From NCBI GenBank assembly GCA_038087875.1, contig JAXLNO010000120.1:1-58119 (forward strand): DNA of 58,119 bases, given 5' to 3'. Source of the DNA: Malacoraja senta. Its lineage: Eukaryota. The position numbers and the translations under genes were made by a program. Of the stretch, positions 1 to 11,282 are shown piece by piece; positions within the stretch are counted from its first letter, which is position 1; each line of letters opens with the position of its first letter. A model generated the notes under the pieces. The model searched no databases. It saw nothing but the letters and a program-made list of their open reading frames with translations, and was not told the DNA's origin.

Positions 1-1015
1 AGGAATGAGTAGGTTAACCTATGATGAGCGTTTGTCGGCACTGGGCCTGTACTCGCTGGAGTTTAGAAGAATGAGGCGGGACCTCATTGATACGTACAGA
101 ATAGTGAAAGGCTTTGATAGAGTGGATGTGGAGAAGATGTTTCCACTAGTGGTTGAGTCGAGGACAAGAGGGCATAGCCTCAAAATTAAAGGATGTCATG
201 TTGGAAGGAGAGGAGGAGGAATTTCTTCAGTCAGAGGGAGGTGAATCTGTAGAGTTCTTCGCCACAGAAGGCTGTGGAGGCCAAGTCAGTGGATATTTTT
301 AAGGCATAGGTAGAAACATTCTTGATTAATACAGAAATCAGGGGTTGTTGAGGGAGTGCAGCGTAGCTTTACAAGGTTAATTCCCGGGATGGTGGGATTG
401 TCATATGCTGAGAGAATGGAGTGGCTGGGCTTGTATACTCTGGGATTTAGAAGGATGAGAGGTGATATTATTGAAACATACAAGATTATTAAGAGTTTGG
501 ACACGCTAGAGGCTGAAAACACATTCCCGATGTTGGGGGAGTCCAGAACCTGGGAAAAAGGGAAGTGCAACGAGACCTGGATGTCCTTGTGCATCAGTCA
601 CTGAAAGTACAGATGTGGGTACAACAGGCAGTGAAGAAAGCGAATGAAATGTTGGCCTTCATAACAAGAGGATTTGAGTACAGGAGTAAAGAGGTCCTTC
701 TGCAGTTGGACAGGGCCCTGCTGAGACCATATCTGGAGTATTATGTGAAATTTGGTCTCCTAATTTGAAGAAAGACATCCTTGCTATTGAGGCAGTGCAG
801 CGTAGGTTCACGTGGTGAAGACGGAGATGAGAAAAAACTTCACCCAGAGAGTTGTGAATTTGTGGAATTCTCTGCTACAGAAGGCAGCAGAGGCCAATTC
901 ACCGGATGCATTTAAAATAGTTAGATAGAGCTCTTGGGGCTAGCGGAATCAAGGGGAATGGGGAGAAGGCAGGGCCGGGTTACTGATTGTGGATGATCAG
1001 CCATGATTGCAATGA
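1..1015 (+). mobile_element. Mosaic of degenerate CR1 LINE 3' fragments
   Basis: Translations contain CR1 RT C-terminal motifs (LGLYSLEFRRMR.DL, QQAVKKAN.MLAFI, ESRTRGH); CR1 3' UTR motif ggatgatcagccatgat near 990-1007. Confidence 0.9.
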
Positions 1016-1200
1016 GGTTCAGCCACATGGGTGGTCATCAGAAGAGGCAGCGGGTAGTGCAGGACTCTCTGTGGCTCTCCCCCCTCTCTTACAAGCACTG
1101 CCTTCTGCATACTATTGGGGTGACGGCCCCTCGGGGGAATATTGCAGCAGCAGTAGGGACAGGGTGACCAATTCTGGCTCTGTTGGACAGCAGGGGAGGT
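1016..1200 (+). mobile_element. Probable degenerate CR1 ORF1 fragment
   Basis: Resembles, from memory, the region upstream of the CR1 ORF1 esterase domain (R..VQ.SPVA.PL...LDT.GGDG.SGE); frameshifted. Confidence 0.5.
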
Positions 1201-1520
1201 GGGGGAATGTGGAGGAGTGGGGAGAGAGTGTGGGGATAGAGAGGGGGAGTGGGGAGAGAGAGGGGGAGGAGTGTGGGGATAGAGAGGGGGAGTGGGGAGA
1301 GAGTGTGGAGGAGTGTGGGGATAGAGAGGGGGTGTGGGGAGAGAGAGGGGGAGGAGTGTGGGGATAGAGAGGGGGAGTGGGGAGAGAGAGTGGGAGAAGT
1401 GTGGGGATAGAGAGGGGGAGTGGGGAGAGAGAGTGGATGTGGGGATAGAGAGGGGGTGTGGGGAGAGAGGGGGAGGAGCGTGGGGATAGAGAGGGGGAGT
1501 GGGGAGAGAGAGTGGGAGGA
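1200..1520. repeat. Purine-rich GA minisatellite (gtggggatagagagggg / gtggggagagag units)
   Basis: Directly visible imperfect tandem units; similar tracts at about 2005-2140 and 5665-5990. Confidence 0.9.
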
Positions 1521-1521
1521 G

Positions 1522-1760
1522 CAGGCCCGTACGAAGCTTTTCAACAAGGGGGGTGACATTACAGGATTACAACAAATGTAATGTGAACTAATCTGCGCGC
1601 TACATACATCACGAGCGCGAAGCGTGAAGTCCCTCGATGCCGGGGTCCTGGAAGCTCAGGGGTTTTAGATGCTCTCTGATGCATTCTGAGCCTTATTTTG
1701 GAGCATTTTTGCACCAAATGTATGACCAATATTTCAGAAATTAACAGGAATCTGAGGTGG
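1522..1760 (+). mobile_element. Fragment of a putative non-autonomous DNA transposon
   Basis: Starts CAGGCCCGTACG and contains cgagcgcgaagcgtgaagtccc...gaagctcaggggttttagatgctctc...ctgagccttattttg; no partner TIR visible. Confidence 0.45.
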
Positions 1761-2139
1761 GTTCTTCACATAGAGGGTGCTGGGTGTATGGAACAAGCTG
1801 CCAGAGGACGATGAGTTATGATAATGATATGCAAATATCTTGCCCTTTGTATCAGCTGACGTGAAGGACAGATCGGGTGTGCGCTGTGTAAGCAGGGTGT
1901 GGGCAGGAGGCCATGGCCCGGGGAGATAATAAACACAGAGACAAAGGAATGTGACCTGTAGATATTGTGTCAGTATTATTATTCCACATCTTAGGCGAAG
2001 ATGAGACAGGTGTGTGGGGAGAGAGATTGGGAGTAGTGTGGGGAGAGAGATGTAGTTTGTAGAGAAATGTTAGGAGCGTCTGGAGAGAGGGGGTGTGTGA
2101 GGAAAGAGAGGGAGTGTGGAGAGAGAGGGTGGGAGGGTA

Positions 2140-5100
2140 GAAAATAGGTGAAGGAGGCCATTCGGCCCTTCGAGCCAGCACCGCCTTTCATTGTGATGGC
2201 TGATCATCTACAATCATTAACCAGTGCCTGCCTTCTCCCCATATCCTTTGATTCCGCTAGCCCCAAGAGCTCTATCTAACTCTCTTTTAAATGCATCCAG
2301 AGAATTGCATAAATTCACAACTCTCTTGGGTGAAAAAGTTGTTTCTCATCTCAGTTTTAAATGGCCTCCCATTTATTCTTTGACTGTGCCCCCTGGTTCT
2401 GGACTCCCCCATCATTGGGAACATTTTTCCTGCATCCAGCTTGTCCAGTCCTTTTATAATTTTATATGTTTCTATAAGATCCCCTCTCATCTTTCTAAAT
2501 TCCAGTGAACACAAGCCCAGTCTTTCCAATCTTTCTTCATATGACAGTCCCGCTATCCCAGGGATTAACCTGGTGAACCGACGCTGCACTACCTCAATAG
2601 CAAGGATGTCCTCAACTGCACACATCATCCCAGGTGTGGTCTCGTTTCACTTCCCTTTTCCCTAATCTGACACCATTGAGATAACAATCTGCACCCTTGT
2701 TCTTGCCGCCAAAGTGAATAACCTCACATTTATCTGTATTATACTGCATCTGTCATGCATCCGCCCACTCACGTAACGTGTCCAAGTCACCCTGCAACCT
2801 CCTCGCATCCTCTTCACAGATCACACTGCCACTCAGCTTTGTGTCATCTGCAAATTTGTTAGTATTACTTTTAATCCCATCATCTAAACCATTAATATAT
2901 ATTGTAAATAATTGCGGCCTCAGCACTGAGCCTTGCGGCACTCCACTCACCAAGGCCTGCCATTCTGACAGGGACCCGTTTATTCCTACGCTTTGTTTCC
3001 TATCTGCCAACCAATTCTCTATCCATGTCAATACCCCTAATACCATGTGCTCTCATTTTGCCCACTAATCTCCTGTGTAGGACCTTATCAAACGCTTTCT
3101 GAAAGTCCAGAGACACTACATCCACTGGCTCTCCTTCATCCATTTTACTTGACACATCCTCAAAAAATTCCAGATGATTAGTCAAGCAGGAATTCCCCAT
3201 CATAAGTCCATGCTAACTTGGACCAATTCTTTTACTGCTATCCAAATGCACCGTTATTACTTATTTAATGATTGACTTCAGCATCTTCCCCACCACCGAT
3301 GTCGGGCTAACTGGTCTATAATTCCTCATTTTCTCTCTCGCTCCTTTCTTGATAACATTAGCTACCCTCTAATCCACCGGAACTGATCCTGAATCTATAG
3401 AACATTTGGAAAATGATCACCAATGCGTCCACAATTTCCAGAGCCACCTCCCATAAGTACCCTGGGATGCAGAACACCAGGCCCTGGGGATTTATCAGCC
3501 TTCACTCCCATCAGTCTACCCAATATGGGAGGTACACAAAAATGCTGGAGAAACTCAGCGGGTGCAGCAGCATCTATGGAGCGTAGGAGATAGGCAACGT
3601 TTCGGGCCAAAACCCTTCCAGCTCAAGTCTACCCAATATTATTTCTCGCCCAATGCAAATTTCTTCCAGTTCCTCTGCGTCCCGAGATCCTCCGTCCTCT
3701 AGTACATCTGGGAGATTGTTTGTGTCTTTCTTAGTGAAGATAGAACCAAAGTACCTATTCAACTCTTCTGCCATTTCCTTATTGCCCATAATAATTTCAC
3801 ATGTTTCTGCCTTCAAGGGACCCACATTTGTCTTTACTAATCCTTTTCCCTTAACATATCTAAAGAAGCTTTTACAATCCTACTTTATATTCCTGGCCAG
3901 CTTCCCTTCGTACTTCATCTTTTCAGCCCGTATAGCCCGTTTTGTTTCCTTCTGTTGTCCTATGAAAGTTTCCCAATCCTCTGGCTTCCGGCTACTCTTT
4001 GCTGTGTTATACATCTTTTATTTTAGTTTTATTCCATCCCTAACTTCTCTTGTCAGCCACGGTTGCCTCCTACTCCCCTTAGAATCTTTCTTCCTCTTTG
4101 GAATGAAATGATCCTGCGTCTTCTGGATTATGCCCAGAAATCCCTGCCATGTCTGTTCCACCGTCATTCCTGCTAGGATCCCTTTCCAGTCTACCTTGGC
4201 CAGATCCTCTCTCATGCCTTCATAGTGCCCTTTGTTCAACTGCATCACTGCCACTTCTGATTTAACCTTCTCACTCTCAAATTGCAGATTGAAACTTATC
4301 ATATTATGATCACTACCTCCAAGCGGTTCCTTTACCTCGAGTTCCCTTATCATATCTGGTTCATTGGACAACACTAAATCCAGAATTGCCTTTTCTCTGG
4401 TCGGCTCCATTACAAGCTGCTCTAAGAATCCATCTCGGAGACATTCTACAAACTCTCTTTCTTGGGGTCCAGAACCAATCTGATTTTCCCAATACCACAT
4501 ATTGAAATCACCCATCACCACAGTGTCATTACCTTTGTTACATGCCAGTTTTAAGTCCTGCTGCAACTTGTACCCTATATCCACGCTACTGTTTGGGGCC
4601 CTGTAAATAACTCCCATTAGTGCGTTCTTACCTTTACAATTCCGCAATTCTATCCACAGAGACTCTACATCGTCAGTCCCTATGTGACCCATCGCAAGGG
4701 ACTGAATTCCATCCCTCACCAGCAGAGCTACCCCCCCTCCTCTGCCCACCAGCCTGTCCTTTCTATAGGACGTATAACCCTGAATATTCAGTTCCCAGCC
4801 CAGATCCTCCTGCAGCCACGTCTCAGTAATCCCCACAATGTCATATCTACCAATCTCTAACTGAGCCTCAAGCTCATCTACTTTACTTCTTATACTTTGT
4901 GCATTCATATATAATACTTTTAAATCCGTTACTCACCTCACCTTTCACATCGATCCCTATTACACTTGGCCATACTCTCCTATCCCTTCGTGAGCTTTCT
5001 GCCCCGTTAATTCTGGTGTCTTTCTTAACTTTTCCTATACTCTCTTTCCCTTTAACTCCATCCTTGTATTTCCAGTTTGTCTCCCCCCCCCACTATTTAC

Positions 5101-5665
5101 TTTAAACCCCCCCCCCCGTGTAGCAATGGCAAACCTGCCTGCCACAATGCCGGTCCCCCGCCAGTTAAGGTGTAACCCGTCCCTTTTGTACAATTCACCT
5201 TTACCCCAAAACAGATCCCATGGGCTAAGAATCCAAATCCCTGCCCCCTGCACCAGCTCCTCAGCCGCACCTTCAGATCCCCTATCTCCCTGTTCCTGCC
5301 CTCTCCAGCATGAGGAACTGGAAGCAAACCGGAGATAACCACACTGGAGGTCCTGCTTTTCAGCCTTCTTCCAAGCTCTGTAAAGTCACGCTGCAGAATC
5401 TCTTTCCTCTTCTTCCCGACATCATTTGTGCCGACATGGACTACCACTTCCGGCTGTTCACCTTCACCCTTGAGGATGCCCTGTAATTGGTCCGAGACGT
5501 CCTGGATCATGGCATCAGGGAGGCAACACACCATCTTTGAATCCCGCCTGTTGCTGCAGAAACCCCTGTCTGTACCTCTCACGATGGAGTCCCCGACAAC
5601 CACGGCTCTGCCTGATGTCTGTCTCTTCGGCTTTGTTTCAATGCCACGTTTAAACTCGCAGACTG
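2140..5665 (-). mobile_element. Near full-length degenerate CR1 LINE (ORF1 esterase, APE endonuclease, RT, 3' UTR)
   Basis: ORF1 SGNH-esterase motifs VVGDSIVR and VHVGTND (5097-5603); endonuclease motifs GITETW, MGDFN and SDH (4018-4908); RT motifs LDFQKAFDKV, GVPQGSVL and FADDTKL (2753-3203); 3' UTR near 2140-2260. Multiple frameshifts. Confidence 0.95.
3527..3625. mobile_element. Short Penelope-type repeat (half fold-back) inserted in CR1 with 14-bp TSD
   Basis: Direct repeat agtctacccaatat at 3513-3526 and 3626-3639; body cacaaaaatgctggagaaactcagcggg...gtttcgggccaaaacccttc. Confidence 0.8.
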
Positions 5666-5990
5666 TGGGGAGAGAGAAGGTGCAGGTGTGTGGGGGGGAG
5701 AGAGAGGGAGTGTGGAGACAGAGGGCGGGAGAAGTGTGGGGAAGGAGGGAGAGGACTGTGGGGAGAGAGAGGGTGCAGGTGTGTGGAGAGGGAGTGGGGA
5801 GAGAGTCGGGGAGGAATGAAGGAAGAGAGGGGAGGAGAGTGGGGAGAAGGGGGACGTGTGGGGAGAGAGAGGGAGAGTGTGGAGAGGGGAGAGGAGTGGG
5901 AAGAAGGAGGAGGAGATTTGAGGGAGCGGGTAGGGGGAGCGATAGAGACAGAGGTGGAGGGAAGAGTGCGAGAGGTGGAGGGCAGTGAGG
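5665..5990. repeat. Purine-rich low-complexity tract
   Basis: G/A-rich imperfect repeats; the ORFs over it are compositional artefacts. Confidence 0.9.
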
Positions 5991-5994
5991 AGCA

Positions 5995-6545
5995 TGTGGT
6001 CATAAGGTCATCCGTGATAGGAGTAGAATTAGGCCATTCGGCCCATCGATTACTCTGCCACTCAATCATTGCTGATCTATCTCTCCGTCCTAACCCCATT
6101 CTCCCGCCTTCTTCCCATAACCCCTGACCCCGTACTAATCAAAAATCTTTCTACCTCTGCCTTAAAATATCCACTGACGGCCTCCACAGCCTTTTCTGGC
6201 AAAGAATTCCACAGATTCACCTCCCTCTGACTGAAGAAATTCCTCCTCCTCTCCTTCCAACATGAACATCCTTTAATTCTGAGGCTCCGCCCTCTAGCCC
6301 TCGACTCAACCACTGGTGGAAACATCTTCTCCACATCCACTCTATCAAAGCCTTTCACTATTCTGTACGTTTCAATGAGGTCCCGCCTCATTCTTCTAAA
6401 CTCCAGCGAGTACAGGCCCAGTGCCGACAAACACTCATCATAGGTTAAACTACTCATTCCTGGGATCATTCTTGTAAACCTCCTCTGGACCCACTCCAGA
6501 GCCAGCCTATCCTTCCTCAGATATGGTGTCCAAAATTGCTCAAAT
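5995..6545 (-). mobile_element. CR1 3' fragment
   Basis: ORF 6077-6577 QFWTPYLRKD...QRRFTRMIPG...RNFFSQR; 3' UTR ggccattcggccc near 6031. Confidence 0.9.
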
Positions 6546-6619
6546 AGTGATGGGGACTCTGCTGTTTCTGCGGCCATGGGCGAGACTACAGTACGATGTG
6601 TTGCCTATCTGGTGCCAGA

Positions 6620-7371
6620 TCTGAGCGGACACAGGACATTGGGTACTTTTCATAATGACAGGCAGTGACTAGCGGAGTGCCGCAAGGCTCAGTACTGGGA
6701 CACCAGTTATTGACAATAGATATTAACAATGTAGTCAAAGGAATTAAATGTAACATCTCCGTTTGTATATGACACAAAGCTGGGTGGCAGTGTGTGCTGC
6801 GAGGAGGATGCTATGAGGCTGCAGGTTGACGGATAGGTTGGGTGAGTGAGCAGATGCATGGAAGATTCAGTATAATGTGGATAAATGTGAGGTTATCCAC
6901 TTTGGTGGTAAGAACAAGAAGGCAGATACAGCAGGCAGTGAAGAAAGCTAATGGCATGTTGGCCTTCATAGCAAGAGGATTTCAGTATTGGAGCAAGGAG
7001 GTCCAACTGCAGTTGTACAGGGCACTGGTGAGACCACACCTGGAGTATTGTGTACAGTTTTGGTCTCCCTAATTTCTGTAAGGACATTATTGCTATAGAG
7101 GGAATGCAGCGTAGATTCACCAGCTTAATTCCCGGGATGGCGCGACTGACATATGATGAAAGAATTGATCGACTGGGCTTATATCCACTGGCATTTAGAA
7201 GGATTAGAGGGGATCTTATAGATACATAAAATTCTTAAGGGATTGGACAGTCTAGATGCAGGAAAAATGTTCCCAATGTTGGAGGAGTCGCAGTTTAAGA
7301 ATAAGGGGTAGGCCATTTAGGACTGAGATGAGGAAAACCTTTTCCACCCAAAGAGTTGTGAATCTGTGGAA
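6620..7371 (+). mobile_element. Internally deleted CR1 RT fragment
   Basis: GVPQGSVLG-like motif near 6675; QQAVKKANGMLAFIARG...LVRPHLEYCVQFWSP; ends abruptly at a DIRS terminus. Confidence 0.9.
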
Positions 7372-7434
7372 TTTTACTTCGGAGTCACGTGAGTGACTAC
7401 GTGAAGAAGAGCCCGTCCAGCCGCACACGCGTCA
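7372..7434 (+). mobile_element. Isolated DIRS left terminus
   Basis: ttttacttcggagtcacgtgagtgactacgtgaaga closely matches the left end of the DIRS at 9026 and the reverse complement of its ICR (12399-12434). Confidence 0.8.
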
Positions 7435-7540
7435 TATCGGTGTATGTGGTCCAGAGACCTTTCATTGCGCATTGTCGCCCATTTTATACGCAGTTTCCCT
7501 TTTTATTATTTTTTAAAAGAAGCACCTTATTTATTATAAA

Positions 7541-7929
7541 CAAAGATAATAATGGTCTAACATAGAAGGCTAAGAGACCAAGATAAACTGCTAAATCCAA
7601 TGGACTGACGTGGATTAAACTGCTAGGCATAATGGGGATCGGGATCTTATTCCTAAAATGTTGGAAGTGACGTTCCGTTGCGTTCCGATACGTACTACAC
7701 GTCAGTCCATTGGATTTTGTAAGAGTGGTCTATCTTGCTCCTCTAGTATCTTTGACCAAAGATCCTATAGCGGAGCAAGATGGACCACTCCTGCGATAAA
7801 CACGTTGTACGGTGATGGGCAGATCCATGGGTAATTATAGGACCCATTTCCGTAACCAGCTTCCGTCCATCTTGCTTCCGCACAAAGATAGGATCTTTGC
7901 TTCCGCCTCCCTCCGCACTCGTATCTTTG
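7541..7929. mobile_element. Cluster of P-superfamily-like MITEs/termini (CAAAG/CATAG ends)
   Basis: Unit 7561-7754 has a perfect 20-bp inverted pair aaatccaatggactgacgtg (7593-7612) / cacgtcagtccattggattt (7698-7717). Unit 7757-7899 has TIRs caaagatcctatagcggagcaagatggac / gtccatcttgcttccgc...ataggatctttg. Extra caaagata at 7541 and tatctttg at 7922-7929. CANRG termini are typical of P-superfamily elements. Confidence 0.7.
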
Positions 7930-7937
7930 CTTTGTCC

Positions 7938-8047
7938 ATGGTGTCCACGCCTACCAGTGTTGCATTCTGCTCTGCGGTAAATTGTTCCAATCACCAATGT
8001 AGGCGACCCCACTTGTCTTTCTTCAGTTTCCCCATTAAGGAGGAAAG
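7938..8047 (+). pseudogene. P-element transposase exon 1 (THAP domain N-terminal half)
   Basis: MVSTPTSVAFCSAVNCSNHQCRRPHLSFFSFPIKEE(R) fits THAP C-x4-C...FxFP; donor AG|gtaaga at 8047/8048. Confidence 0.85.
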
Positions 8048-8104
8048 GTAAGAAAACATGTATTACTTCTGTGGCATATTGAAAATGTTATTTAGCCTGT
8101 TCAA

Positions 8105-8410
8105 TCTCTCACTGTAGTTAGATCATAGAGCTCAGATAGTCGAGTCCTCATGGCAACATCCTCGTAAAAATCTTCTCTTTCTACCTCTCTGTTATTTAAT
8201 GCAGAATAAGAACATATTGACTCTGTTTTATACTGACAATTGTATGAAGTCTGCCCGAACTCTCACTATAGTTCAGAGCTGGGTGCTCCCCTTTGTCCCA
8301 GGTATAGTCGAGGCCTCATGGCAACATCCTTGCAAACATCTTCTCCTCAAGAGCATTTTCTTTCTACCTCTCTGTCATTTAACGTAGAATAAGAACATAT
8401 TGACTGTATG
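8105..8410 (+). repeat. Imperfect direct duplication within transposase intron 1
   Basis: gtcgag(t/g)cctcatggcaacatcct...tttctacctctctgt...agaataagaacatattgact occurs at about 8139-8222 and 8308-8405. Confidence 0.85.
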
Positions 8411-8429
8411 ATATTTTCTGTCATTTCAG

Positions 8430-8702
8430 ATGTCGACAGTGGGTCCAGAATACTCGTCGACATGATCTCCTACAGCGAACTGCGGAGTATTTGTCAAATA
8501 ACTGCCGTCTTTGTTCTGAGCATTTCGAACTTGACCAGTTTTCCCACAAGCAGGCCAAGAACAGGCTAAATTGGAATGCAGTTCCAACGCTCTTTGACAT
8601 CAACTAACCCACCGAAACATCTGTCTACCCAACGCAGGATACTGAAGAGGAAGAATGAGAACCTCCCATCTTCACCGAAGCTTCAAAGCAGCAAAGAGGC
8701 AA
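8430..8702 (+). pseudogene. P-element transposase exon 2 (THAP domain C-terminal half)
   Basis: Acceptor tcatttcag|A completes the Arg codon from exon 1; CRQWVQNTRRHDLLQRTAEYLSNNCRLCSEHFELDQF...RLNWNAVPTLFDI contains THAP W, LCSxHF and the AVPTxF box; +1 frameshift near 8602; donor near 8699-8703. Confidence 0.9.
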
Positions 8703-9239
8703 GTAATTTTTAAATTAACATTTATTTTCTCACTTATGCTGAATTACAATGCTGGATCCTAACTTATACAATTGTCAGTGGCACAATATGTAATAACATG
8801 TATGACACTTATACTTTCATGTGTGAGATGTTCGAGAACATTCCAGAGCAAACGCCGGAACGCCGCTCACCAACCCTGTGTCTCGGCGGCATGCGGCCAC
8901 CATCAGCCGTGGTGAGAGAGGAGCGGGCAAAGAGGGACCCTGACTGTGACCGGAGTAACGGACAGCTGCAGTAAGCAACGCGTCCTGGGAGACAGTTTCA
9001 TGCAAGATCATTATTTAACTTTCAATTTCACTTCGGACTCACGAGAGTGACTACGTGAAGAACCCGCCAGCCCGCATGCGTGTATTACGTCTACTGCGTG
9101 GCACCACGACTGGCTGACAGGCGCGTAGCTCCTGCCACCGGTAAGTTAACAGACCCGCAGGTAAGTTCTAGAGCTTATTCTGAGGTCGTGTATTCGTTCA
9201 AACTTGTTTTGCAGGGTCGCTACAATTTGAACGAGAAAT

Positions 9240-10440
9240 ATGGACAAAATGAAGACTAGACGGTCCACGGGGAGATCCGCTACAGAAGACCGCGGGACCG
9301 CGGGTAGCGGCGGGCCGTCAAATTCACCACCCCAGCCGCTGATGATAATTCCAGTGACTGCAGACTTGGTGTTTCTGCAGAGCACCGTGGCTATCCCGAG
9401 GGGGGGGGGGAAGCCAAGCAGATGTCTGCGAGGCCTATAGACTCAGATGAGTCAGGCCAGGAGGGTGCAACTCCTACTATGGGTAGCATCGCCGGATGCC
9501 TGTCCCGAATGGAGCACCTCATGGAGAGGATGCTCCAACATGATGCACTCCTTAGATCGGAGTTATATCAGCGCGGGTCTCCGAGACAGCCCGTGGCAGC
9601 ACCTGATACAGCGCTACTAGATGTCTCCCTCTCTGAGGAGGGGAGCATCCATAGTCAGTTGTGGGCTGACTCAGAGTTGGGCAATATGTCCAGTGGGCAT
9701 ACTAAAATGCACAGGCAGAGAGGAACAGAGACACTCGCCATAGCATCAACATTTGTGATGCCATCACAAACTGGAGAGCCGCTCGAAGGAGAACTCGCGG
9801 CAAATATCAACTATCTGGTTTCACACCAGCTTCAAGACGAAGTAATGGTGGACATGGCCATGAGGCACCACACACCCATTAACTGTGCATCTTTAAGTGT
9901 GCCGGCTGTCAACAGCTCAATATGGAATCATCTGGGTGGAGGCATAAGGAACCAGGAGGTACAACTCCAGAAAATTATGGGCCTGCTGGCTTCAGGCATC
10001 ACGGCTTTTGCCACCTCAGTGAATGGAGTTCCGTTGTCGGAGAACCAACAAGATGCGCTTGCTCTACTATGCAATGCGCACTTCGAGATCAACTGCTACC
10101 GAAAGAATGCCATCCGGCCCACCCTCAATCCTAAATTTGCAGCATTATGTAAACCCAGTCGCCGAACTACCTATTTGGTGAAAACCTACCTAAACAGGTC
10201 AAAGACCTGGATGACGAGGCAAAAGCATTAGGGCTAATCCAGGCTTCATCAGCCAACAGAGTTTCGGCTTTCCGGCGGCAACATCCATATGCCTCTACCA
10301 GCAGCAATCGTTTCCCTGAAGCTGGTAGCAGCATGAAGTCGGACAATTATGAGTCAAAGTCTTTTTTAGGGCATGGCCAAGGCCGGCCCTCCTCCAAAAT
10401 GCTCACCTGGTCTCCTCCAGGAGCTCTACCCCCCAGAGCT
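9240..10440 (+). pseudogene. DIRS ORF1 (gag-like), frameshifted
   Basis: ORFs 9240-9440 and 9422-10231 (PINCASLSVPAVNSSIW, DALALL...N..RKNAIRP.LN) lie at the ORF1 position of a DIRS1 element. Confidence 0.75.
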
Positions 10441-11282
10441 CGGTGACGGAAATTCATTCTATGGAGCCGCCAGTTACCATGAAGGTAGGTGGATATGGTT
10501 TATTTTAGAACATAGGGTGTGCACCACTCACAAGTTAGGGAATTAGCTATTTTAAACATTTGGCATTAGAGAGATGCAGGAGTCACCAGTTCCTTTACGG
10601 TACAAGTACTAACCACCTAGAGTTAATGGGTGCACGCTATAGTTAAGACTAATTGCGTGAATATGCATCAACTGCATGTTCAACTTTAATTAACAACACC
10701 ACAGCAGTGGCTTATAGTTAATTACATGGGTGAATTAAGGCCATATGCTATGTTAATTGGCTACCTTATTTACACTGATGATTTGCAAGGAATATCTGAA
10801 TGTCACCTGTCAGGTAGACTCAATATAATGTTAGACACCGGGGTACGATAATTCAGTGATACATCAGAATGGATACAATAATATGGTTACCGGTATGGAC
10901 AAAGGATATCGACTCGTCTGTGTACAGACTAAGTGTCCAGTTACTAAGCATGTTGCACATATGCAAGGCCCAAAGACAGAGGCGGTGGAGGTACTCCCGC
11001 AACTCCGGGGAAGGATGTGCTTTTATACATTTCCCCCGTTCTGCCTTCATCAGTCAACGCTTGCTTATGGTCAGGCGAGACCTGCCTCAGGCTTCCTGGT
11101 AAACCCAGGCTGGCCGACACAGCCATGGTTCTCTATTCGGGGTATGATCAGCCTTTTATGGCCGTCCCCAAGGCAGTATCTGCATTCCACCCTGTAACAG
11201 AGGGAGGGATAAAACATCCTCTCCATGACTAAATTAAATTATTGGTTCACAGAGTCTGAGAAGACCTTTCCTGGGGTTCGGA

